Source of the DNA: Somniosus microcephalus
Lineage: Eukaryota
Direction of reading: 5' to 3'
Assembly (NCBI GenBank): GCA_052327205.1
Contig: CM126214.1
Coordinates: 181,040,001 to 181,104,000 of the forward strand
Length of the DNA: 64,000 nt
A model generated the notes under the pieces. The model searched no databases. It was not told the origin of the DNA and saw nothing but the letters and a program-made list of their open reading frames with translations. Shown in pieces: positions 25,501 to 37,500 of this stretch (its first letter is position 1; the number at the start of each line of letters is the position of its first letter). The position numbers and the translations under genes were made by a program.

Positions 25501-28500
25501 TCTGCCAACCAGTTCTCTATCCAAGTCAGTACCTTGCCCCCAATCCCATATGCCTTAACTTTAAACGCTAATCTCTTATGCGGGACCTTATCGAAAGCCT
25601 TCTGAAAGTCTAAATACACCACATCCACTGGTTCTCCCTTATCTATTTTTACCAGTTACGTCCTCAAAAAATTCCAGTAGATTAGTCAAGCACGATTTAC
25701 CCTTTGTAAATCCATGTTGACTTTGTCCGATCCTGTCACTGTTTTCCAAGTGCTCTGCTATTACATCTTTTATGATGGACTCTAGCATTTTCACTGCTAC
25801 CGATGTCGGGCTTACTGGTCTGTAATTCCCTGTTTTCTCTCTACCGCCTTTTTTGAATAGTGGGGTAACATTAGCTACCCTCCAGTCCATGGGTACTGTT
25901 CCAGATTCCATCGAATGTTGGAAGATGATCAGCAATGCATCTATTATTTCTAGGGCCACTTCCTTAAGTACCCTAGGATGTAGATTATTAGGCCCTGGGG
26001 ATTTATCGGCCTTCAATCCCATCAATTTCCTTAACACCATTTCCCTACAAATACTGATTTCTTTCAGTTCCTCCCTTTCATCAGACCCTATGTTCCCCGA
26101 CATCTCTGGGAGGTTATTTGTGTCCTCCTTTGTGAAGACAGAACCAAAATATGTATTTAATTGGCCTGCCATTTCTTTCTTCCTCATTATAAATTCCCCT
26201 GATTCTGACTGCAAGGGACCTACGCTTGACTTCACCAATCTTTTCCTCTTCACATATCTATAAAAGCTTTTACAGTCAGTTTTTATGTTCCCTGCAAGCT
26301 TACTCTCATATTCTATTTTCCCCTTCTTAATTAATCCCTTTGTCCTCCTTTGTTGAATCCTAAACTGCTCCCAATCCTCAGGTTTACTGCTTTTCCTGGC
26401 CAATTTATATGTCCTTTCCTTGGATCTTGTGCTATCCCTAATTTCCCTTGTTAGCCACGGTTGAGTCACCTTTTTTGTTTTATTTTTATGCCAAACTGGG
26501 ATGAACAAATTCTGTAGTTCATCCATGCGGTCTTTGAATGTTTGCCATTGCCTATCCGCCGTCAACCCTTTGAGTGACATTCCCCAATCAATCCTACCCA
26601 ACTCGCGCCTCAGACCATCGTAGTTTCCTTTGTTTAAATTCAGGACCCTAGTCTCTGAGTCAACTACTTCATTCTCCATCTTAATGAAGAATTCTATCAT
26701 ATTATGATCGCTCCGACCCAAGGGGCCTCGTACAACAAGATTGTTAATTAATCCTTTCTCGTTACATAATACCCAGTCTAAGATGGCCTGATCTCTGGTT
26801 GGTTTCTCGACATATTGGTCCAGGAAGCCATCCTGTAAACACTCCAGGAATTCCTCCTCCACAGTATTGTTACTAATTTGGTTAGCCCAATCTATATGTA
26901 GATTAAAGCCACCCATGATGACTGCTGTGCCCTTATTGCACGCTTCTCTGATTTCCCTTTTAAAGCCATCCCCGACCTCCGCATTACTGTTTGGAGGTCT
27001 ATATACCACTCCCACTAATGTTTTCTGCCCCTTGGTATTTCTCAGTTCTACCCATACAGATTCCACATCATCAGAGCTAATATCCTTCCTTACAATTGTG
27101 TTAATCCCTTCTTTAACCAGCAATGCTACCCCACCTCCCTTTCCTTTTTGCCATCTTTCCTGAATATTGAATACCCCTGGATGTTGAGTTCCCAGCCTTG
27201 GCCACCCTGGAGCCATGTTTCTGTAATCCCAATCAAATCATAATCGTTTACCTCTATTTGCGCAGCTAATTCATCCACCTTATTACGAATGTTCCTCGCA
27301 TTAAGACACAAAGCCTTCCGGCTTGTTTTTTTAACGCTCTTAGACCTATTAGAATTATTATTTACTGTGGCCATGTTTGATTTAAACTGTTGATTTCTCT
27401 GACTGCCACTTTTGTTTTTCTCCTTCCTATCTTTTTCTTTTATCTGCTGCTGGGTAGGGAGTTGTGGAATTTTGACTCAGTGATAATTAAGGAACTGTGA
27501 TTATATGTCCAAGTCGGGATGGTGTGTGACTTGGAGGTGGTGGTGTTCCCATGCACCTGCTGCCCTTGTCTTTCTAGATGGTGGAGGTTGTGGGTCTGGG
27601 AGGTGCTGCTGAAGAACCCTTGGTGAGGTGCTGCAGTACATCCCGTAGATGGTGCACGCTGCAGCCACAGGATCGAGTTGTGTTCTAATAATTATTTGTT
27701 ACTTTATCAAATAAGAAATAGAGACTCTTGTAGGAATGGGTGACTGATGTGTGGACATTATTCAAAGCAAAAACGTCAGAAGTGGAATATCGGTGTTGGA
27801 TCAGCTGCCGGGGCTCCCCTCTAACTGAGCCGGCCTGAGCCTGTGCTGCTACCAGTGACCCACTAAAAGATTCTGACTCTGGTGTTGTTCTGAGCCAATG
27901 TTTTCATCTGGGCCACGCTGCAAACATCATGTGAAGCCGAAATACAATTGTTGACCAAAGTAATAATAGCTCAGTGTGCTGTGGTATTAATTCCTGAAAT
28001 GTATGGTCTTTGTCACTGACGGACAGCCGTTGAATCGGAACCAACTTGTGCTGTAGCATAACTTTTTTTTCAGAAAACGGTAACCGAAGTTCTGATGTGT
28101 GATACACACTTGGGATTTTGGATCTATTCACCGGTCCGCCAGTTCGATTCGTGGTCTGTGCAGAGTTAGCTGATCGAAACCAGGGTGACTGCAGGCCATT
28201 GCACACGTGGGCTATGGGGAGCTGTGGGGTGGGGGGAAGACAACCAGGGTGAATGCAAGCCATTACACATGTGGGCTATGGGGAGACAACAAGGGTGACG
28301 TGGGCTATGGGAAGCTGTTGGGTTGGGGGGGGGGGGGGGAGACAATAGACAATGTTCCCCACTATTGATCACTATTCATTGACTCTTGTCGGGGTAATTT
28401 TAACCTAACTTGCCGGGCGGGAATCCCACAGGATGGGGTGGAACGCTGGTTTTACCCCCTGGCCAATATTACTCTCCATTGACTTCAATGGAGAGTTGTT

Positions 28501-31500
28501 GTTCCGAATGACGGGAAAAGCTTATTATGGGATGTCTAGTTCGGCTATCCATTCGATGTAGAGTAAAATTGGGTGCAGTGTAATACCAGCCTTGCACCCC
28601 ATCCCGCCAGTTTTCTGACTGGCGGATTAGGTTCAAATCGTCCCGTGTCTGTATTTGTGTCTATCTAAAAAGTCAGACTCTGCTGCAGTGATCTCGTGTA
28701 GCCCAATAAGCTGCCAACTCTCTTGTTTTGGTTCATCTGAATAACTCTGGAGGCGCAGTTGGTGACGAGGGGAGAAAGTTGGCAGGAATGGTGTGCCTTG
28801 TATAGCATGTAAACCTACAGTGTGGCTTCTGTAGCCCAGTGTCACGGACCTCTCTCTGTTTTGCAGTGAGCACAAAGATTCTTCGGAGAAGAAACACAAA
28901 GATAAAGAAAGGGAGAAAGACAAAGTAAAGCACAGAGATGGGAGCTCTGACAAACACAAACATAAGGACAAGGAGAAAAGGAAGGAGGAAAAGGTATTGT
29001 AGTTAGAGGTAGCTGGGCATTAGCCAATTGTCATTTGTTTCAACCTACTTTGCGCAGACATTTTATTCGAGGGTAAGCTAGCAACTAATGCATCCCATTT
29101 CTATTTTGCCCCCCTACCCCACACACGCATATCGAAACGCTTTCCCATTCTACCACCAGACAGTTTCACCAGCCTTCAGTTGCGTGTGCGATCTGTTTTC
29201 AACATTTCACAGGTTGTGCTCGGCTCCCTGTTGACTAGTGTAGACTGGGCCACTTTGAGCAGACTTGTCAAGATTCTTGGCAGGGACCAGAATAGCTGGT
29301 TAATAACTCGCTGCAAAAACGATACCAGTATAAGCTGCTCCTAAGGTAGCAGCAAAGCCAAGGAGTGTTCCTGATTGTATTTTAGAACAAAAGAGAAGAT
29401 ACATTTTTTCCAGAAAAGTCTCCCTTGTAAATGACCTGTAGAAACTGTGAACAGAGTTCACAGTTTCTACAGGTCATTTACAAGGGAGAATTTTCTGGAA
29501 AAAATGTATTTTTTTTGTTTAAAATAAACAGGAAACTCCTTGGCTTTGTGCTACATTGGGTTGGGATGCGGTGCTGGGTACGTTGTACTCTCTGACGTTT
29601 AGAAGAATGAGAGGTGATCTCATTGAAACATATAAGATTCTGAGGGCTTTACAGGGTAGATTTAGAGAAGCTGATTCCTCTGGCTGGAGAATCTAGAACT
29701 GAGGGGGTGGGGAGGGCATAGTCTCAGGATAAGGGGTCGGCCATTTAAGACTGAGATGAGAAATTTCTTCACTCAGAGGGGTTGTGAATTTTTGGAATTC
29801 TCTACCCCAGAGGGCTGTGGATGCTGAATCATTAAGTATATTCAGGGCTGAGAGCAATAGATATTTGGAGTCTCGGGGAATCAAGGGATTATGGGGATCG
29901 GGTGGGAAAGTGGAGTGGAGGTCGAAGATAGGCCATGATCTTATTGAATGACAGAATAGGCATATGGCCTACTCCTGCTCCTAGTTCTTATGTACCCTTC
30001 AAGCACGGGGCAGGGTTCTAGGGTTAGATATTTGAAGTGAACATGATAGCACTGGTGGGCATGGGAGGTGCCCTTGTGCTGAAATCAAGAGGTGTTCTTG
30101 GATGTGCTTGTATTGTAATAGTTTGTAGAGAAGAGGCCCTACAGATGTGCACTTACTAATATTTTTTAATTTTCTTTTTAAAAGGATAAGATCCACTCTT
30201 CGAGTAGTAGTTCTGGGGATAAAATGAAGAAGGAGAATGGTTTCACAAGGTAAGGGTCCCCTTTAAACTGTGTCGGCTATTAGTCACAGGGAAGAGGGTG
30301 TTTGGTCCAAAACTTTTAGAATGCATGCTCACTGCTAACTGAGTTTCACTTAAAGGTAGTGGAAATTCTTGGGAAGTGACGAGGGGGTGAAAGAGAGTAA
30401 CTCTTGCGGAGGGCGAGCGATGAAGGAGAGAGTCCCTCATTTTTGTGGGGGCAGACATGTTAAATTTTTAAAAAATCTTATCAACCCGCAGCCACCAAAA
30501 TAAGATTGTGGAGTTTTTTTTTAACAAACGCCTTGTTCCCTTAATAGTGGATGTGCTCCAGGGATGTCTGAAATGTTTTTTCTTTTCTGTTCTCCTGGTT
30601 GAAAGACAGATCACTGTGCTAGCGATTCCTTGTACTTGCACCTATTGGAATTGTGGAATTATATGAGGATAAACTAGATTAATCTCGAACAGGATTCATC
30701 TGAATTCCAGCAGTATCTGCCCCATGACCGCGATAGTATAGGTTTAGGAACTGGCAGGCCTAGCTCTCGAAGGTACGCTGTTTTTTAAGGCTGCCCGCTC
30801 TATAAAATGAACCACTTGGTTATACACGAGCTGAAAGTTTGTTTTTTGTCTCTCGATTTCCTTCCTGTCCTCCTTAGCCCTCCTCGTATAAAGCAAGAGC
30901 CAGAAAATGATTACGTCCCATCCATTAAGGTGGAAAACAAGCCATTGAAGAGAGCCCGTGAAGATGATGAGTAAGTTTCCTTATTAAAGCTCTGTGTCGT
31001 CCTTGTATCAGGTACAACATTCGGAGGGGATGGGGGATGGGGAGCGAGAAAGGGAAATGCCTCATGGGGGGGAAAAAACCAGCTGGTGTGATGCCCATTT
31101 CCTGGATGGTGCTAGTTTTAGAGCAATACGAGGCACAGTCAGACCACCAGAAAGGAATGTTATGGGTAGAAGTCGAAAGAACTCTTCTCTCTCACTGTGC
31201 ACAGCAATGAGAGAAAATACCAGATGGTGTGTTTTTGCAAGTGCCAATGGGTCTCTTACATCCACCTGAGAGTGCAGAGTGGCCTCTGTTTAACATCCCA
31301 TCCAAGAGACGGCACCTCTGCACTGAAAGATCAGCCTAGAGTTTTTTAGTCTCTAGAGTGGGGCTTGAACCCACGCCCTTCTGACTCTGAGCCAAGGCTG
31401 TTACCCTGGAAGATGAGAGCTTTTCCACTGAAAGACAAGCCCCTCCCTTCATGGTTTTTCCAAATTGTCTCTTTTTTAATAATTTTTAGAAAAATCCTGG

Positions 31501-34500
31501 GGCTTTGGGAGCTGCTCTGCTAACGGTTCATAAAAGGGGCACTGAGTCTGTATCTCGCCCAAGTTTTTAGCCCACTGCACTTTGCTTCTATAACCTATTC
31601 TGCAGCTGAAATGCTTGTGTAGTAGAAGTCAGGAGCTGCACTACCTGCAGGAACTTGGTATTGCAGTTGTATTTCCTGCTGTTTATTCTTTCATAATTTC
31701 TAAAATTGTCATTAGTTTTATTTATTTTTTTAATTCTAATCTCTCCTGGAGGTGATAACTTGCATGGCACAGGAGTAAGTGATTTTCTTGGCGGTAATGA
31801 CTGGTGAGGTACCAGAGAGCTATTCTTCATGGTTAACAACTGCAGGTGGCGGTCACCGCAGAGCCACGGGAACTCTGGCCTCCTGCATTCCTACCTGTGG
31901 CTGTCAAGGTCAGTCCTGCCCATGGCTGAGTCTGGGATTAAACCTGGGGCCATCCTGGTCCGTGTTGCTGAGCCGCACTCTGCAGGACCTTGGGCTAGAG
32001 AGAGGTGAGAGGCCAGCCACTGAAGTTGGCTGGAGACAGTACCTGGCTCAGCTTTGGCGCTCACCTTGAGCAACTTGCCTACCAACACTTGCCTCCAGTC
32101 CCGTACATGAAAAACGTCCATTTTAGATGAGGAAACTACTGCTGCTGTCTCCGGCTTGTCCCACAGGATGGGTCAGTGCCTTTTGGGAGAGAAAGGGAGA
32201 AATTGGGAATGGTGATGGGACTTTAAAACCTGGTCTCTGAAGTGAAGGAAAGATGAACAGTCTGGAGTGGTGGGGCAAGAAAGAGAAGAGAGTACACGTG
32301 CATAAGTTACCCCAGCTGGAGATAAATCTCACCTGGCCTGATTTTTGACAGTGCTTCCATTTTTTAAAGCTTTGTATAAATTGCAGTGTTTGGACTGTGG
32401 TAGTACATTGCAAGCTGCAAAGGAGATGGGAGTGGTGGCCTTTACCTTGCTCAAAACAAGGCACTATAAACCCATGGGGTAGGGATTTCATTTTGCCGCA
32501 TTGTCATTATCCTGAGCCTTGCTTGTTAAGCCTATATTGTGGGCAGTATTGGCCACAGGTAAGTTGTGTACAGCAAAGGTCCCTTTAAAAGTGTGAGGTT
32601 ATGCATTTGGGGAGGGCTAACAAGGCAAAGGAATACACTATAAATGGAAGGACACTGAGAAGTGCAGAAGATCAGAGGGACCTTGGAGTGCATGTCCACA
32701 GATCCCTGAAGGTAGCTAGACAGGTAGATAAGGTGGTTAAGGCATACAGGGTACTTGCCTTTATTAGCCGAGGCATAGAATATAAGAGCAGGGAGGTTAT
32801 ACTTGAACTGTATAAAACACTAGTTAGGCCGCAGCTAGAATACTGCATACAGTTCTGGTCACCACATTACAGGAAGGATGTGATTGCACTAGAGGTGGTG
32901 CAGAAGAGATTTACAATGATGTTGCCTGGGCTGGGGAATTTTAGCGATGAGGAAAGATTGGATAGGCTGGGGTTGTTTTCTTTGGAACAGAGGAGGCTAA
33001 GGGGAGAACTAATTGAGGTGTATAAAATTATGAGGGGCCTAGATAGAGTGGATAGGAAGGACCTATTTCCTTCAGCAGAGCGGACAATAACCAGGAGGCA
33101 TAGATTTAAAGTAATTGGTCAGAGACTTGGAGGGGATCTGAGGAGAAATGTTTTCACCCAGAGGGTGGTGGGGGTCTGGAACTCGCTGCCTGAAAGGGTG
33201 GTAGAGGCAGAAACCCTCATCACATTTAAAAAGTACTTGGATATGCACTTGAAGCGCCGTAACCTACAGGGCTACGGACCAAGAGCTGGAAGGTGGGATT
33301 AGGGCGGACAGCTCTCTGTCGGCCGGCGTGGACAAGATGGCCTCCTTCTATGCTGTAAATTTCTAGGATTCTGAGTGTAATCTGTGTGTCTGTCTACCCT
33401 AGTGTTGATTTTAAACCCAAGAAGATCAAAACAGAAGATGTCAAGAAAGCCAAAAAAAGAAAACTTGAAATGGTAAGTGTACGTTTTTTTATTTCCTCAG
33501 AGTCTCTGGGTTCTGTGCTGAGCTAGCTGGAGCAATTTCATTTTTCTAAACGTCATTGTGTTTAGGAGCTGTTTCATGGTTGTGGAAATGCTTGTTATGG
33601 CTCATTGAAAGGATAGCGAGTTCAGTCCTTTCTGTTGAGCCTTGAGTAAGTAGCCTTGCTAAAAGATTCTCCCGTTGATGCCTCCTGTGAAAGACTCCTG
33701 AAGCTGTATGTGGCAAAGGGTCCTTCACTGCCCTTCATGCTGTATGAAGGCAGTTTTTTATTTTGTGACCTATTTCCAAAATGCCCAAGCACCTTAAAAC
33801 AAAACTTGGTTTCCTTTTGAAATCTTGGGAAGATTTTGAGGGGTAGTAGCGTCTGAATCGAAATTTTAGTGAGTACTTATTAATTAGTCTGAAGTATTTA
33901 CACACGGGAGAATATTCTGAAGCAAGGTGGAAGTGATTCTGAAGTTTAATCTTGACATTTTTTACACCTGGTTTGTGTAAATATACTATTGTGGCCCAAT
34001 GGTTATTTTTCCATTTTTAAAAAATCACTTCTTTCCTGCCAGGGACCTGAAACCTGCCTTCTAATGTTTGACATACCTAGACCATCACAGTCTAGTTAAC
34101 TAAATTGTCACCTACAGTCACAAATGTCTGAGTCCCTTTTGTTGCAGGCATAGCCACTAGATTCCTGTAATATTTCTAATTGGGTGGGGGGGGGGTGGGT
34201 GGAATCTAAAGCAACATTTCTTAGTTTAAGCTCTGTTCGAAAAGCTTCCTCTGGGTCTGGTGGGTTCCTGAAGTTGTGAGTGAGGCAGAAACAGCTTAGT
34301 TTATCCGCATTTGAAGATTCTGGTCTTGCTGTTGTGCTGGGGAAATAAAAAAATTGAAATAAATGTCAACATCTCTGGAACTGGCCACATTGCTCACTCA
34401 GACCAGTTTGGGGGGCTGATTTTTGACTGCAGAACTAATACAAGTTAGTGAAATAATATGGAGCAGAAAGCTGAATGATACTCCACGATGCACAAAGCTG

Positions 34501-37500
34501 CAACAACTGAATGATTGATTGGCTTAAGGTGTTGAATTTAGCCATGGGGTTAATGAAAGGTGTGAATTTAAGGTAAATTAATGTGCAAAGTTCAATAATA
34601 CTGGTCATGTTAGGAAAAAAGTTTTAATTTATTTTTGAACTGTAGTCTACTACAGACAGTAATGGTTTCCAATCTTGTGGCCTACATAGTAAAACTGTAA
34701 CTGCCTTATTGAAGGAAGCAGTTACTGGGAATCAATTTGCTCACTCAAAGACACGTGCTCCCTCAAATCTTTTTAATGTATGTTTTGCTCCCTTTTCTTC
34801 ATCTGCCATGATGTCTATGACCAAGAGATCTGGCACGTGCTGCCAGTTAGGCCTGTAGCCAGTCACCCAAGATGTGAAACAAATTACCTAATTCTGGAAG
34901 CAGCAGCAACCTCAAAGCACTTGGACCTGGAGCAGAGTCTGAACCTGTCCTTTTCTATATAGTTTCTAGAAAATTGTCATGGGATGTTTTTTGTAATGGC
35001 TTTTTTTAAAGAAACGCAGTCGTCCAATGGTGTCACCAGATGATGATGCCATGCAGTCAGCTTGAACCAGTTAGTGCATGCTCCTCTGAGTCAGAAGGTG
35101 GTGGATTCTAGCCTCACGCCATGACTGGAGTATTAAATCGAGCCGGACTCTTTAACAATGCAGCTTTCTCTCAATACTGCACTGGAGGTTCTGTCCTTCA
35201 GGGGTGCTATGTCTGTTGATGTTGAAATTCAATGGCACTACTTAAAATAGGAATACTGAGTTCTTTAGGTGTTTTAGTCAACTTCTGTTCCTCAAACAAT
35301 GCCACCAAAAACAGATAATTGGTCATTCATCTCATTGCTGTTTGTGGGACTTTGTACAGAAAATGGTTGCCACATGGATTCACAGAATTATACAGCACTG
35401 TAGGAGGCCATTCGGCCCATTGTGCCTGTGCCGGCTCTTTGAAAGAGCTCTCCAATTAGTCCCACTCCCCTGCTCTTTCCCCATAGCCCTGCATATTTTT
35501 CCTTCTTCCTCCACAAGAAGATCTCCTTTTGGTCCCTAATCGGCCTCACCCTTCCTTTGACTACCCTTTTAATAGACTTGGGGGTTCCTGTTTATGATAC
35601 CAGCTAATCTTTCTTGTACATTCTCTTTGCCCCTCTTATTTCCTGTTTCAGTTCTCCCCTGTACTTTTTATATTCAGCTTGATTCTCTACTGAATTATGA
35701 ACCCAACATTATCAGAAGCTTCCTTTTGTCTGTTTCATTTTAATTGCTATGTCTTTAGCCATCCAGGGAGCTCTAGCTTTGGACACCCTTCCTTTTCCCC
35801 TCGTGGAAATGTGTCTAGTCTGCACCTGAACTATTGCCTCACAGCACCAGAGACCCGGGTTCGAATCCGGCCTCGGGCGACTGTCTGTGTGGAGTTTGCA
35901 CATTCTCCCCGTGTTTGCGTGGGTTTTCTCCGGGTGCTCCGGTTTCCTCCCACAGTCCAAAGATGTGCGGGTTAGGTTGATTGGCTATGATAAATTGACC
36001 CTTAGTGTTAGGGGGATTAAATACGTGGGGTTACAGGGATAGGGTGGGATATGTGTTGGTGTAGGGGTTACGGGGATCGGGTGGGATATGTGTCGGTGCA
36101 GGCTCGATGGGCCGAAATGGCCTCTATCTGCACTGTGGGGTTTCTGTGATTCTGTGTGAAGCCCTCCTTTTGCTTATTTACTGTCTTACCTGCCAATCTT
36201 TGATTCCAATCCACCTGGGCCAGATCCCTTTTCAACTCAAATTAGATTTTTCCTTGTCCTTTTCCATAACCACTCTAAACCTAATGATCTTATGCTCACT
36301 GTTTCCCAAATGCTCTCCCACTGAAACATGCTCCACTTCTCCCACCTCATTCCCTAAAACTAGATCCCGTCCTGCTTCCTTCCTCGTTGGGTTGGAAACG
36401 TACTGATCAAGAAAGTTCTCTTCTACACATTTCAGGAATACCTCCCCCTCTTTTCTCTTTACACTGTTGCTTTCCCAGTCTATATTGGGATAATTGAAGT
36501 CCCCCATTATCACTACTCTAAAGTTCTTGCAACTTTCAGCAATTTGCCTGCAATTTTTCTCCTCTGTCTCTCTCCCACTATTTGGTGGCCTATAGTATAT
36601 ACCCAGCAGCGTAATAGCTCCTCTATTATTCTTTAATTCTAACCAAATAGATGATCTTTTTGAACCCTCAGATCATCACTTTCTAGTTCTGTAACAGTAC
36701 TTTTGATCAATACTGCCACCTTTCCTGAATACACTGTAGCCAGGAATATTAGGTGCCCATTGTTTGAGCCAGGTCTCTGTTATTGCCACTATGTTATGGC
36801 TACACTTATGTTATGTTATGCAGCTCGCCAACCTTACCTACCACGCTGTGTGCATTTACACACCTGCACTCTAAACCCATCTTAATCTACCTCGCTTTCT
36901 CCCCAGCCACCCACTCCCCCTCCCCTCCACCCTCCGTCTGATCCCTCCTATTTCTGGACTACTCTTTATTCTAATTCTGTTTGCCTCTCCCTGTCCTCTG
37001 TGCCACGTGTATCTCCTCTCTAATGCTTCATCCTGTTGCCCCTAGCAACAGTGACTGCACTTCAAAGTAATTCATGGTATGTTAAGCACTTTGACGCCCT
37101 GACGGACATGATGAGATGCTATATTTAATGCAAGTTTTCTCTTCTATAATCATGGTTTGTGATTGTGCCAGGTACTGAAGTGCCTGCTGACTGTGCCATG
37201 GGCGCTGAACATAAGCCACAGTTGCAGACACTGGAAGTTTATCTTTCTGCGAATGTAATAACAGTACCGTTTCTGGGACCGGAGTGTTCTGCTGTCACTA
37301 AGTCTCAATCTTCCCTTTCCTTGCAGGAAACCAAGAACAAGAAGTCCAAAGTTAAAGTAGAAAGTGCTGGGCAGGGAAAGAAAAAGAAAAAGAAAGAGGA
37401 GGAGGATAAATGGAAATGGTGAGGTTCTGTAGAACATCTTGCATAGGTTGTTGAATCCTGTTTTCATGCTGCTTCCTTCCTCGCCCCCCTACCCAAACTA

